A DNA stretch of 64,000 nucleotides from Octopus vulgaris (GCA_951406725.2 OX597817.1:26350001-26414000); one strand, 5' to 3'; positions 1 to 14,009 are shown, counted from the first letter of the stretch. Numbers and translations are program-made. The notes: generated by a model not told the origin, from the letters alone.

Positions 1-9
1 TCATTGCCC

Positions 10-800
10 AAAAATGGAAGATCCCATACATAGAGAGTTGGCTTGCTGAAACAGCACATTGCATCCCTTTCTTTAACCTTACTGAGACTCACCTAAACAA
101 CACTCATATGCATGCCAAGGTGAAAAAATAAAGATTTCACCATCATCTGTGCAGATTGCACAGACCAAAATAAAGGATGAACAGCCATTTCTCTGCATGA
201 CTCTTTTGCATTTGATGTCAAGGACATATTTTCCAATGGCTACTGTGAATCCATATCATTATTCGACAAGGCCAATGACATAACTATTGTTGGTCTCTAA
301 AGGCCTCCCCAAGCATCTCTAAAATACTTTGAAGAAATACCTCAGCAAAATCTAGTCCTTTGTTCAAAAATACAACTCCGGAAACATACTGGTGATGGGT
401 GATTTTTACCTCCCTTATGTAAACTGATCCACAAATATTCAGCAGAATTACTCTTTAATCTAATGGAGGAATTTTTCCTGACACAGCTAGTGCTTGAACC
501 AACAAGGCAGAATAAAACGATCCTTGATCTGATATTAACAAACCACTCAAGCTCCAGTCACAGCATTTCAGTTAAAAAGACTCTCCTCTCAGTCCACGAC
601 ATGATATTTTGCAACTTTAACTTCCGGCATATCAAAACCAAATCAGTCAATCCCACTCCACTGCACTTATTTGGCCACAAAAACTTCCACAAAGAGGACT
701 GGAGAGCAATCCAAAAGGATCTGTCCTTTATCAACTGGTCTTTCACACTCAGTTCCACTGACGCTGAAACCACATGGCAGTGCTTTGAGGACATTGTAAT
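10..800 (+). mobile_element. Decayed CR1/Jockey-group LINE fragment (APE endonuclease region)
   Basis: Frame-broken translation gives APE motifs in the expected order: LTETHL, IVGL*RPP, LVMGDFYLPYVN*, QLVLEPTRQNKTILDLILTN. Confidence 0.8.
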
Positions 801-1135
801 TTTACACTGGTATATAGAATTTTAAATTTCAGAGTTACTTGGCATAAACTTGATTCTGTTGTAATTGACTTCAGATACAATAACCTTCTTATAAATATTT
901 CTAGTGGGATGGATGGTATTAGCTAAATTAATGTTAGTATTAGTAAATGTATTAATATTTAACAGGTTAATATTATTAAAGTAACATTATTACATTGTTT
1001 TACACCATTTTATTCCTTTGGAATAATACCAGTGATATCTTCAAAATATGTGTCGGAAGTAAAAGAATTTGAATAACACTTGCATTTAACTCCATTTATT
1101 GAACCCTCATTAATCGTCTTCGATGAGAGAATCCA

Positions 1136-1174
<39 letters not shown>

Positions 1175-1362
1175 TAAAAAGAGTAGATGTCACAGCTGGA
1201 ATGTCTTTGATCATAAGTCTGCACTATAATTTTTGACTTGGTTGGGGCTAATCAACAACAACTATGATGGTGGAGGGGCTCTAACTGATTCCATGACTTG
1301 CTAGAAATAGCAACCAAATCCAACTTAAATTATATGCTACTATTATTAGAAGAAAGGACATA

Positions 1363-1580
1363 GAGTAATCCTTTGACTATTGTGGGTGTTACATTCCAAA
1401 AACCCTTGTGATGGGTGAAAATTCATGAAGTAGAAACAGTACTGTACTTTAATTTTTATCATTTTAAAAATTTGTATATATTTAATTTATTATAAGTGCA
1501 AAGCAGCACCACAGAGGAATCTATGTAAGCTTAAATAATAAACCGCAATAGGTGAACAATGATATGGCAAGGGATTGCTG
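1363..1580. mobile_element. Decayed Tigger/pogo-like MITE
   Basis: Imperfect TIRs TA-GAGTAATCCTTTGAC ... GGCAAGGGATTGCTG-TA, with TA on both sides. Confidence 0.55.
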
Positions 1581-3663
1581 TATTGGATAATGTAGTCCTA
1601 GACATGTCAAGCCCCAGATTATGACTAATATGCTTTTGGAAGAGTCTACTCAGTTAAGGCTGAACTCTGACAAAACATGATCAATAGCATCAATATGTAA
1701 AACGTACATCTACTTCATTATTTTAGAATGATTTGTTGAGTGCAACTGTTGTATTGAAATAGCAATGGCTATGATGGCATATATCAATAACAACTGCATT
1801 GAAATAAAAATTTAAAACTTGAACATATCTTGTACATAATTAAGAACAATAACCAATTACAAACTTGTTTTGTAACTTTAATAAATAATTGTTGCTTTAT
1901 TGCATGGATATCACTTGATATTGCATAATGTTTTATGATGCATTGAATACATCTTTCTTTGTTATTGCTATTGTTCTTGCTATTGTAAAAGATATATGTG
2001 AACATTTCGAAAACGACTTTCTAAAAATGTTATAGTTTCTAAATTGAGCAAGCAATTTATCTGAAGTAGTTTTAAAAACTTACTTTATCTCATTAACCTT
2101 CAAAATCTGTCACATTTCTATTATCTTAAAAAGAAAACGAGAATTTAGTATAAGCTTAGCATTTTAATTGCTCTGTCATAAAAGGTTTGATATCTTTGCA
2201 CTCTGTATTTCAGACTATGAAGACAACAAAAGAGATAACTGAGTGAGTCCAATACAACATAATAACAATCACTATCCTGTAACAATCAGAGAACAATATC
2301 GTGTTACTTTGTGCTTGATATGGAGTGACGAGAAAAAGAAGAAAAACAGATGTTAAAAATAAAAAATTAGAAACAAACAGTTTTTTTTTACTTTTTATCA
2401 GTAAATTGAATTTGGTCTTGTGTGGAAGATTTGGAATATAATTACAATGTAAGACAACTACGAAATTGTATACTTGATATGATCATACTTTACTTTTCAG
2501 AGAACTTATACGTCTTGACAGTTCAAACTATGCAACTAACAGGCAAACTGATAACATTGAGATGGTTGAAGTACATCATAAAAATTAATGTTTCTAATAA
2601 GAAACACTGTAGTTTGTATTGCCATTAATGTCATGATATGTTTAAGAAAACTGATGGAGCATTTTGTTCAATGAAACTTGAAACCTAACCTTGTCGATTT
2701 TTCTTTCTTTCTCTCTCTTTTTCTGTTTCTTTCTCTCTCACGCATGTAAACACACAAACACACTCATACACACTCAAATTTATATATAAAAACCAAAGGA
2801 AAACTATACAATCAATTAAATATTAGGTAGAGTGTCACATTTTGCATTAGTTTTGTTCTCTTGATTCAATAAAACAGCATAAAACATTGCTAACTTACAA
2901 ACAAGGAAAAATATTAACAATAATATTTAAGGATGATTTAGAGAGAACTTGAAATATGTTATAATTAAACCAGAACATTAGAAAGGATTTCTTAGAAATG
3001 ACACAGAAGAAGAATATGAAAACAATTTGTTTAACTGAGTTAATAATAGTTTTTGATTCTCAAAGACAGAAGCATAACAACCATTTAAATGCAGAAATTG
3101 GAAATGTGCCTTGAAATAAGGACAAAAATGAAACATTGAGAAGTGAGATAAGAATGCTCCAAGGGCTATCAAATTAATTTATAAAAGATGTTTTGTCCTT
3201 ATTCTTAATTGAACATTTTTCTGCTGATCTTAAAAGTGAGATAAAGCAGCCTACTTGTGTGTGACAATGTGTGCATATGTGTATATGGGAGTTGTATGTA
3301 ACATGTGTGTGTTGGTGTTGTGCATGAGTGTATGTGTAATAAAAATGTACGGCTTTCTGTTTCGTTTCCCAGTTATAATACTATTGTACTTGTTCGAATT
3401 TTGCTTGGGTTTGATGGTTTATACGAATTTATAGATGTTAGGCAGCTGCTTCTGGTGTTGGATACGTTTCTTACAGTTAACCTTTTAACTGTTAGATGTC
3501 AGCCCGGCAGACTATGGCAATCAAAATTATGTGCGTTACCTAGCTACGCATAGTAATGGCTATAGTCATGTTAGAATTAATGGAAAACTGGCAGATTGAC
3601 TGACTGCTTAACCTCATAACCATTTCATTTGCTTCCCCCGAATTCTTTCATGAATACAAATGC

Positions 3664-3672
3664 ATACACACA

Positions 3673-3717
<45 letters not shown>

Positions 3718-3830
3718 TTGTCCAACTCATTCTAGCAAGGAAAGTGAAGACAAAATAATCACCATCATCATCATCATCATCATGACGATGTTGATGATAA
3801 CAATGATGATGACAATGGTGATGATAATGA
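3664..3830. repeat. (CA)n plus (CAT)/(GAT) microsatellites
   Basis: Directly visible; produces spurious THTH/IIII/MMM ORFs. Confidence 0.95.
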
Positions 3831-4157
3831 TATTTACATATATTATAAAATACAATCTCTCCAAGGGTAAATTTTTGTTTCATAATTTATTTTATATCTC
3901 ACTATGGTAACTAAAAAAAAACAAATGTCTTGCTTGTTACTATGAAAATACCATTTCAACCATATTGATAACGCTTTATATTGCTTAATGCATCTTAGTC
4001 ATTATATAATAATTTCTTAAGATATCAATTTGCTTCAGTTGCAGAAAATTCATACTACTGTGAATACTTCTGCTATTTCAGTTTTTGTTTTTTACCACTG
4101 AAACGCATTTAAATTTAATGTGATAAGGTGTTTGTTTAAAGATAAATATATATATAT

Positions 4158-4433
4158 ATGCCAGCGCAGCCTTGACTTGTTTCTGTGCTGGTGGCATGTA
4201 AAAAGCACCGACCAATTGTGGCCGCTGCTAGCCTACCCTGGCACCTGTGCCAGTGGCATGTAAAAAAACACCCACTACACTCCCGGAGTGGTTGGTGTTA
4301 GGAAGGGCATCCAGCTGTAGAAACACTGCCAGATCAGACTGGAGCCTGGTGCAGTCTCCTGGCTTCCCAGACCCCGGTCGAACCGTCCAACCCATGCTAG
4401 CACGGAAAACGGATGTTAAACGATGATGATGAT
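4158..4433 (+). mobile_element. RTE 3'UTR-only copy
   Basis: Matches about 59600-59903 (ggtggcatgtaaaaagcacc ... ggaagggcatccagctgtag ... ccaacccatgctagc ... (GAT)n). Confidence 0.85.
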
Positions 4434-4459
4434 GTATATGTATATATATATACATATAT

Positions 4460-4655
4460 GGTCATGTGATGCATATTGTATGAGGACAGCTGCATGAAGA
4501 AGTGCTAACCTCCTAATCTCTACATGTGGAGGGAACCTGTGAATGAGGAAAACTCAGGATGACATGTGATGAAGTGGTGAGAAATTATCTTCAGATCTTG
4601 AGCCCTGTAGAGATGACAAACGATTGTGATAACTGGTAATATACCCTGTTTGAGA
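4460..4655 (+). mobile_element. Old RTE ORF C-terminal remnant
   Basis: GHVMH..EDSCMKKC..VEGTC..DEVVR..EMT aligns to the C-terminus of the intact RTE ORF at about 59070-59270. Confidence 0.7.
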
Positions 4656-5006
4656 AGTTCCACCCAGCAAAGTAACAAAGATGTCCATGACCCCGCTCTC
4701 TCTTTCACAACCTCCATGCTCACCACTGCTGTTTCTCCATCCCTTCCATTCCCCCATCTATCTTCTACACACAAAATACCCCTCTTAAATCCCTTCTCTC
4801 CAGCCTCTAGCTCTTTTCAAATTCTTGTGAATTCATCCACTTACCAACCACTAATCCTTTCCGACCCCTGACGCATGCCACTATATACACCACCCTGTGA
4901 CTTGTTTGTTTGGCCCCCCTGCCCCCTTTCTGTCATATCTTCACACTCTTCCTCTCTTCTCAATCTAAGGAAGCCATGCCTCTTCTGATGGACAGTTAAG
5001 TGCGCT

Positions 5007-5303
5007 GATCGTGGCCATTGCCAGCCTTGCCTGGCCTCTGTGCCGGTGGCAAGTAAAAAGCACCATCTGATCATGGCCATTTGCCAGCCTCATCTGGCAC
5101 CTGTGCCAGTGGAACGTAAAATGCACCCACTACACTCATGGAGTGGTTGGCATTAGGAAGGGCATCCAGCCATAGAAACATTGCCAGATCAGACTGGGCC
5201 TGGTGCAGCCTTCTGGCTTCCCAGACCTCAGTTGCACCGTCCAACCCATGCCAGCATGGAAAGCGGACGCTAAACGATGATGATGATGATGATGTGATGA
5301 TGA
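5007..5303 (+). mobile_element. RTE 3'UTR-only copy
   Basis: Two gtgcc-ggt/agt-ggca units, the shared terminal segment and a (GAT)n tail. Confidence 0.85.
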
Positions 5304-5599
5304 AGATGCATGGCCTTGTGTTTAGGGTGTTGCACTCAGAATTTTGATTCCCAGACAGGGTGGTGTGTTGAGTTCATGAGCAAAACACTTTATTAGATGT
5401 TGCTCTGCAATCATTTCTCGCAGCTGAACCGTGAAACACTTGTGCACCTGCACAGGAAATGCCAGTTTGATGGAGAGAGTACACTTATGTGAACACAAAT
5501 ATTTTGATCACTGTAAACATGCCATCTGCGTGGTTGTTCGGCAAAAAAATGCAGAAACATATCCATTGCCTAACAATGGTAGAATTCATAATAATATGT

Positions 5600-5771
5600 T
5601 GGCTGTGTGGTAAGTAGCTTGCTTACCAACCACATGGTGCTGGGTTCAGTCCACTGCGTGACACCTTGGGCAAGTGTCTTCTACTATAGCCTCGGGCTGA
5701 CAAATGTCTTGTGATTGGATTTGGTAGACAGAAACTGAAAAAAGCCTGTCGTATATATATGTATGTATATA

Positions 5772-5807
<36 letters not shown>

Positions 5808-6060
5808 TGTATGTATGTATGTATGTATGTATGTGTGTGTATATGTTCGTACCTGCGTTTGTTCCCCTAACATCACTTGACAACTGAGGCTGGTGTGTTT
5901 ACGTCCCCCGTAACTTAGCGGTTTGGCAAAAGAGACTGATAAAATAAGTACTAGGCTTACAAAGAATAAGTCCCTGGAGTCGATTTGTTAGACTAAAGGC
6001 GGTGCTCCAGCATGGCTGCAGTCAAATGTCTTAAACAAGTAAAAAAGTAAAAGAGTAAAA

Positions 6061-6062
<2 letters not shown>
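5600..6062 (+). mobile_element. tRNA-derived CORE-type SINE (family A)
   Basis: A-box-like tggctgtgtggtaag, B-box-like gggttcagtcc, CORE-like gacaccttgggcaagtgtc, internal (TA)/(TATG)n, tail aaacaagtaaaa...agtaaaagag. About 20 copies in the window. Confidence 0.85.
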
Positions 6063-6106
<44 letters not shown>

Positions 6107-6483
6107 TAGAAAGAGAGAGAGAGAGGGAGAAGGAGAAAGAAAGTGGGGAAGAAAGAGATAGTGAAAAATGCAAAAGAATGAAGATGCAGTCTTCATTTTT
6201 TTTTTTGTATATTTTTTTAATATACTTGATGATCAATACACCAAATTTATGCGATGTTAAACCCTTGGATTATAAACTGGTCATGTCACAGGAAGTGGGT
6301 AACAACCAGTATTGATAAGTGTGGTCTTAACTGAAAAGTTTAGTTGACTGAGTTCAATTTGTGCAGGCTGCATAAAAAGGTATTTACCTGGATTTATTTA
6401 ATCTTTATTTTCCTTCATATATATATATATATACATCTCTCTCTCTCTCTCTCTTTTTCTTTATGTATATATATATATATAAA

Positions 6484-6620
6484 TTTTTTATTTCGTGATG
6501 AGATAAAAAGACCAAGGCTGTGTAGATTTTAGAACATTTATAGATAGAAGGTCTTTCTATCTATAAATGTTCTAAAATCTACACAGCTTTGGTTCCTTAT
6601 CTCATTACGAAATAAAAAAA
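6484..6620. repeat. Near-perfect 137-bp palindrome/hairpin
   Basis: Arms 6484-6550 and 6554-6620 are reverse complements, with a 33-bp perfect core and a 3-nt loop. Confidence 0.9.
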
Positions 6621-8056
6621 ATCTTTATATACATACACTGATACATGACCAATGTTAAAACCCCTTATTTGCATAATCACCAAACCTGGAACTTAACTGT
6701 AGTCCATGTATTGCACTATTCAGTATTACCTAACACTTTTGGGTCTTTGGGTCTCAATGACACCATTACCTTTCAAAACCTATATATATATATATATATA
6801 TATATATAAGCTTATTTCTGTACCAGTCTAATGCGTCTTCATTCAATATTGGAGCTAAAATCTACTTAGCCAGATAGAGACAAAAGTACAATTTTGAAAA
6901 GTGAAAGGGCCCGCTGCATACATGAATATCAAAACAAGTAAGAACAAGGCAAAACATTAAAAATATACCAATGTGAATTTGAGAACAAATGTAAACAGTA
7001 AGTATTTGAAATAATTATGTGAAATGACTTCTAAACAAGTAAGACACAGAAATTACAAAAGTCTATTTTTTACAGTAATAATTTGAAATCAATGAGAATT
7101 AAAGGAAAAAGTAAAAAAAGAAAGACAAACAAACAAAAAAACTCTTCACAATATGGCAAGTCAGTCCAAATTTAAATATATCAGGAAAGTGTAATAGACC
7201 AATTCTAAGATATTTTCCTGGAGTTGCCAGGCAACAAAGAAATAGAAGTGGAAGCAGAAGATTTGTAATATCTCAAGCAGAATTAGTTTTGTATTGAGAA
7301 AAACTAATAATGATCAATATAAATAGAGACGCAATATATAAATAAAGACAAGACTCACATCAAAACTAGTAGAAATTTCACCAGAAAATAAGCAAAATTG
7401 GCCTCCCACGACATCTGTATTAGTGCTGATACCTACATATATACATATATACACACACACATACATACATACATACATGCATACATAAATATATGCATAC
7501 ATATATGCATATTATATACATACATATATATACATATATATATATATATACAAGCCTATGTAATGATAATAATAAGTGGATGTAAACACATGAACAAAAT
7601 AAGAATAAACAAAAACAACAACAACAAAAACAAAATACAAATTACATGAACGTATATAAACAGAAGATACAAATATTACAGGCATCCCCCCACATACACA
7701 CACTAAATAAACATAGACGCACATAGAGATATAAGCATGCGCAAATGAAGACATACAATAGAAATACAAAATGGCTGACGGTTAGTAAGGAGAGACACAA
7801 ATAAGAAAGAAGAAAACAAAGGACCACTGATGCAGTCACAGGAGTGTGATGAAAGAACTCTGGCCGAAATAAGATTAAGATTAAGATTAATGTAAAAAAT
7901 AAATAACACTGAAGCAAAATAACACCAAATATATAGTGCATGTGTTTTTATTGGCTAAACTGGCAAAATGACCATTCTGAAATATAACAATATCTGTTTC
8001 AACACACGACTTCACATAAAAAATCTTGCACAACAAATATTTAAACGTACATTGAT

Positions 8057-8338
8057 ATGCCAGCCTCGTCTGGCACCTGTGTCGGTGGCACATAAAAACA
8101 CCATCCGAGTGTGGCCGTCTGCCAGCCTCGTCTGGCACCTGTGTCGGTGGCACATAAAATCACCCACTACACTCTCGGAGTGGTTGGCATTAGGAAGGGC
8201 ATCCAGCTGTAGAAACACTGCCAGATCTGACTGGCCTGGTGCAGCCTTCGAGCTTGCCAGACCCCAGTTGAACCGTCCAACCCATGCTAGCATGGAAAGC
8301 GGATGTTAAACAATGATGATGATGATGATGATGATGAT
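8057..8338 (+). mobile_element. RTE 3'UTR-only copy
   Basis: Two near-identical gccagcctcgtctggcacctgtgtcggtggcacataaaa units, the terminal segment and (GAT)n. Confidence 0.85.
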
Positions 8339-8630
8339 ATATATATACATATTTCTATCTATTTATTTTTCTATCTATCTGTCTCCATTGTCATGGAACC
8401 TCACCCAAAGAAAGCAAAAACAACGTTCTCCTCTTCTAAACAAAATCCCCAACAAACATCTGTTTTATATAAATGAACAAGCTGTTTGTACCTTCACAAA
8501 ATTCCATTTGACAAGTTCAAGAAACAAACGAAAGCGCTAATAATATTGAATAAATAAAAAGAACTTTTTTCTCAATATTCCATATCTGCACACCACACAT
8601 CAAAGTTTGTACATGAAAATTCACACATGT

Positions 8631-8661
<31 letters not shown>

Positions 8662-9398
8662 GCAAAGAATTAAGGACAAACAGCTGCATATATAAGGAGT
8701 GTATTTATTTGTATATATGGTATATAGAATTAACATGATGTATTTATGTCTTGTCATCAAAGCGCTATTTCAAATAATTGGTTAATGGTAGGTATAACAA
8801 AGCATATTAAGCAAACAGGTACAACACTCAGGTAATATTACACATAAACATAAAAGTGACAATTGCAATAATAAGAATAGCTATGATTAGAAAATGGCTG
8901 CATTAATAATATTTGTACTTACCTGCTTCATATGGATGACCTCACACAATAATTAAAAAATGAGAAAGACCTGGATTCTCTGATCCACACAGTAAAAGTA
9001 TTCAGCAAGGATATTGGAATGCAATTAGCCATAAAGAAGTGTGCAATGCTAAATATGGAGAGAGGCAGAAGATAAACACTGATGGCATAGAATTACAACA
9101 TTATCAATAAGTCGCTGTAGAATAATGACTGATGCAAAAACCTAAGGTAACGCAAGATGATAGGATAATAGAAGGAGAAATGAGAGAGGAAATTACTAAA
9201 GAGTACAAGAGGAGAATTAGTAAGGTGCTTGAAGCAAAACTGAATGGAGGGGATACATGGGCTATGCCAGTACTCTGCTCCTTTTCTAAAATGGACAAAG
9301 GTGAAGCTAAAGAATTTGGATAGAACTAGAAGCTGGACACAATACACAATGTACACCACCTTAAAAGTAATACTGTGAGACACTACTTACTAAGAAAA

Positions 9399-9708
9399 TA
9401 TGTTTCTTCCTTCTCGAGCCATGCCTGGCTCATAAGGGCCAGTTTCCCAGTTTCTTTGGTTTACAGGTTCTACACCTGGATGGGACGCCGGTCCGTCGCA
9501 GGTGAGCTGCAAGATGCAGGAGGAAAGAGTGAGAGAAAGTTGTGGCAAAGAAGTCAGCAGAAGTTCGTCATTACCTTCTGCCAGAGCTGTGTGGAGCTTA
9601 GGTGTTTTGCTCATAAACACACACACTCACATCGTCCGGTCTGAGATTCGAACCCACAATCCCTTGAACGCAAGTCTGCTGCTCTAACCACTAGGCCATG
9701 TGCTTCTG
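9399..9708 (-). mobile_element. tRNA-derived SINE (family E, V-domain-like)
   Basis: Minus-strand head tggcctagtggttagagc...ggttcgaatctc; ctgcgacggaccggcgtcccatccagg motif; TSD tactaagaaaa at 9388-9398 and 9711-9721. Confidence 0.85.
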
Positions 9709-9758
9709 CCTACTAAGAAAAGGAAGCAGAGAATTACTAAATGTAAGTACTGAAATAT

Positions 9759-10158
9759 AGGTGCAGGAGTGGCTGTGTGGTAAGTAGCTTGCTAACCAGC
9801 CACATGGTTCCGGGTTCAGTCCCACTGCGTGGCATCTTGGGCAAGTGTCTTCTGCTATAGCCCCAGGCCGACCAATACCTTGTGAGTGGATTTGGTAGAC
9901 GGAAACTGAAGGAAGCCTGTCGTATATATGTATGTGTGTGTGTGTGTTTGTGTGTCTGTGTTTGTCCCCTAGCATTGCTTGACAAGCGATGCTGGTGCGT
10001 TTACGTCCCCGTTACTTAGCTGTTCGGCAAAAGAGACCGATAGAATAAGTACTGGGCTTACAAAGAATAAGTCCCGGGGTCGATTTGCTCGACTAAAGGC
10101 GGTGCTCCAGCATGGCCACAGTCAAATGACTGAAACAAGTAAAAGAGTAAAAGAGAGA
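9759..10158 (+). mobile_element. SINE family A, full length
   Basis: Head, CORE-like segment, internal microsatellite and tail all present. Confidence 0.9.
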
Positions 10159-10569
10159 GTATTGTGGTTGTAAAATAATGCTGTATAGAATGAAGAATAT
10201 TATTGGTGCTAGGGATGCCAAAAATGTTACTGAAACAGAAAGAGACTTTGAGAACGGAAGAAAGAACCACAGAACAACTAGATGGAAAGCAATGGAAATT
10301 ACATGGCCAATTCATGCAACCAGCTATAGGTGTCAGAAGTAAAAACACGAGCTATGGCTGACAGACAGGAACCTGAAAGAGCAGGTGTTAATTATAGCCA
10401 CTCATGAACCAGCCATTAGGATGATTCTGATAAAGGCAAAGATTGACAAAACTCAGTCAGAGAATAAATGTAGAATTTCCAGGAAAGGAGATGCAAGTGT
10501 TAATAATGAATATATAACTATCTAACTATCTATGAAAGTTTATCTCTCTCTTTCTCTTTCATTTCTCTC

Positions 10570-10602
<33 letters not shown>

Positions 10603-11035
10603 TAATCTTTCTTACACTATCTCATGTGTAAATCTGTACAAAACAAGCATAAGATGAGATATGATTATAGAGGACAAAGGCCTGTCCATATTATTGAAGC
10701 AAGTTGAGATTTGATTAAGGAGGACAGAATAAACAAACAATATGAGGTGATGGACTCTGCAATTCCCTATAATAACAGAGCTGGTTCAAAATAAATGGAT
10801 AAAACTGAGAAATATCAAGAACAAGTCAGAGAGCTGAAGAGACTGTGCATGACTAAAGCAGTAATTTTTTCTATGGTAATGGTGCACTTGGTACAACACC
10901 CAAAATACTTCTTAAAAGACGGAAAGAGATTGGAATTGAGACTCGCAGTGTTAACCAGCAGAAAAGTTTGTGGAGTTATGCTGTCACCATTCCCCAAGAT
11001 AACATTCCTACTAATTAAATTACTAGTTTAATAAA

Positions 11036-11105
<70 letters not shown>

Positions 11106-11109
<4 letters not shown>

Positions 11110-11333
11110 TATGCAAAAAATCGTATTAACTGGAACAGCTCTTGTATTAAGAAGAGCACTATCGTTGTGAAAATAACATCCATCCATGAATATTTTTATT
11201 TATTAATTTTTAAATACATATTTTATCTGTGAATTTGCGCGTGTAATCTGGGAATGCATACAATGCCCTTCTCTGCCCTAGGTGTATGGAAAACACTCGG
11301 CGAGAAACGGAAGAAAATTTGAAGAAAGAAGGA

Positions 11334-11335
<2 letters not shown>
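11106..11335 (+). mobile_element. 3' end of a Dong/R4-like LINE within (TAA)n
   Basis: MQKIVLTGTALVLRRALSL* C-terminus plus 3'UTR, flanked on both sides by long (TAA)n (about 11037-11105 and 11334-11395). Confidence 0.7.
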
Positions 11336-11404
<69 letters not shown>

Positions 11405-11474
11405 CGATGATGATGATAATAATAATAGTAATAATAATAATGGTGATTGGTATTCATAGTTATAATTGTAATGA

Positions 11475-11692
11475 TATTGGTTTCAAATTTTAGCACAAAG
11501 CCAGCAATTTCAGGGGAGTGGGGTAAGTTGATAACATCAACCTCAGTGGTCAACTGGTACTTATTTTATCGCCCCCCCAAAAGGATGAAAGGCGAAGTTG
11601 ACCTCAGCAGAATTTGAACTCAGAACATAAGAACAGACAAAATGCTGCTAAGCAGTTTGCCCAGCATGCTAATGGTTCTGCCAGCTTGCTGC
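11475..11692 (-). mobile_element. tRNA-derived SINE (family B, Meta-domain-like), alternative tail
   Basis: Minus strand: ctggcagaaccattagc...gagttcaaattc...gcctttcatcctt...aataagtaccag. Confidence 0.75.
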
Positions 11693-11695
11693 CTT

Positions 11696-11749
<54 letters not shown>

Positions 11750-11761
11750 CATAACAATAAT

Positions 11762-11815
<54 letters not shown>

Positions 11816-11945
11816 CATCATCATCATTTAGCGTCCGTTTTCCATGCTAGCATGGGTTGGACGGTTCAACTGTGAAGCTGGAAGGCTTCATCAGGCCCAG
11901 TCAGATCTGGCAGTGTTTCTACGACTGGATGCCCTTCCTAACGCC

Positions 11946-11977
<32 letters not shown>

Positions 11978-12130
11978 CAATAACAATAACAATAACAATG
12001 ATGATGATGATGATGATGATGATAAATGCCCTCATGCAGTACCAGACAGTGGCTCTCATGGCTTCTGATCTTAACTGATTGGAAGTGTTATCACGTACAT
12101 CGTTTTAGCTACATCACTGTTTATCATTTG

Positions 12131-12580
12131 TCAATTCCTGTGAGATTTCTGATGATTCACCAGGCCTGCACGACTCAAACACCTACTCCCATAAACCACA
12201 CAAAAAACAACATTCTCACTTCCTACAGGTTCCCTCCTTCTAAGACCCCCCCTCCTAATTCTCTCATACTTCACTCTCACCCTCTCAAACTTTGAACAAC
12301 CATCATACACTATCTTCCTCCATCCATCACGGTCTAGTGCCTCCTCTCCCAATCACCAGCTGTAATTCCTGTCTGTATTAGAACATTTTTAAGGCAATCC
12401 TTAGACCTTAGTTTAGGCTTATGCACAGGTCTCCTGCAATCTTCCAGCTCACCATACAGTAGCCTCTTGGGCAGTTGCTCATCACTCATCCTTACCACAT
12501 GTCCCCTCCTCACTTCAAACGTCTTTTCAGAATCATTGACACTATACTTCTACTGCCACTCCTCTCAAGCACCTCCATAT
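12131..12580 (-). mobile_element. RTE/BovB-like LINE 3' fragment
   Basis: GHVVRMSDEQLPKRLLYGEL...ALDRDGWRKIV...CLSRAGLVNHQKSH C-terminal signature. Confidence 0.8.
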
Positions 12581-12685
12581 TACTAATGGTCATTTTCCAG
12601 TTTATCCCCCCCCCCCCCCGAAAGCATACATAGACACATGTATTCATTTATACATACATACATACACACATACATACACACATAT

Positions 12686-12849
12686 AGGTGCAGGTTTGGC
12701 TGTGTGGTAAGTAGCTTGCTGACCAACCACAGGGTTCTGGGTACAGTCCCACTGTATGGCACCTTGGGCAAGTGTCTTCTACCATAGTCTCAGGCCAACC
12801 AAAGCCTTGTAAGTGGATTTGGTAGACAGAAATTGAAAGAAGCCCATTA

Positions 12850-12906
<57 letters not shown>

Positions 12907-13141
12907 GTATGTATGTATGTACATATGTGTGTGTATGTGTTTGTCTCCCCAACATCACTTGACAACCGATGCTGGTGTGTTTATGTCTCGGTAACTTACC
13001 AGTTCGGCAAAAGAGACTGACACAATAAGTACTAGGCTTACAAAGAATAAATCCTGGGGTCAATTTGCTCGACCAAAAGTAGTGCTTCAGCATGGCTGCA
13101 GTCCAGTGACTGAAACCAGTAAAAGAATAAAAGAATAAAAG
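12686..13141 (+). mobile_element. SINE family A
   Basis: Full structure with (TATG)n in the internal slot. Confidence 0.85.
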
Positions 13142-13941
13142 TATATATATATACGTATATATACATTTATATACATTCATAAATCTAAGTGTATATATGC
13201 TTAAATATATGTATATACATGCATATAAATGTATGCATGTACATGTATGTGAATGTGTATACTCATACACATACACAGACACATATATATATATACATCT
13301 TCATAGAGGCACAATCTGCAATCACTTCAACTAAGACAACAAATGTTTATACACTGAATTAAGTTTTATATTAGAAAGTTGATGAAACAAAGTTGTAATT
13401 AAATGAACCTCAGCTCAGCATTCACTTGACATTTTGAATTTAAACTTTCAATCAATAGCAAAAGCTGAGAATTTCATTCAAACAAACTGTCTGTTGTTTT
13501 TGCTGTAGTGATTGTTGTTTTAATTTCAATATCTTGAAATAATTTTATTTATCTACAGTGTCATAAATTTGGTTGAAGTGGCAGATTTATGTCATCAAAA
13601 CTATTTCCAGAAGTTTTATACGAGATAACTTCATTATTAGCGGGAATTTTACGACTGACTATTTCCAATTATAGGAAAGTATATTAAAAACAAAAGGTAC
13701 AGTATGAATAAGAGGGAGAGGGCGAGTAAAGGTATATATATATATATATATATGTGTCCATACATGTTTCTCTGTATTCTCTATGCATGTGCAAAAATGT
13801 GTGTGTGTGTGTGTGTTTGTGCAGTGAGCATTCAGCGCTTCTGGTGATTCTTTTTGCACGTGAAATAAGCATCCATTGATTTGGAAACAGATTGTGTGAT
13901 ACTATAAGTAGCTGCTTATTCCACTTTGTGTGTGTGTGTGA

Positions 13942-13976
<35 letters not shown>

Positions 13977-14009
13977 CATACATACATATATATACATATA
14001 TAAATACAC

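Larger units (their letters stand above)
8920..10975 (+). mobile_element. Decayed Dong/R4-like LINE (RT, CCHC knuckle, REL endonuclease) interrupted by two SINEs
   Basis: LLHMDDL..KNEKDLDSLIHTVKVFSKDIGMQ..KKCAML; KEYKRRISKVLEAKLNGG..TWAMPVL; KLHGQF; IKAKIDKTQSENKCRI; DKTEKYQEQVRELKRL..GALGT. Confidence 0.8.
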
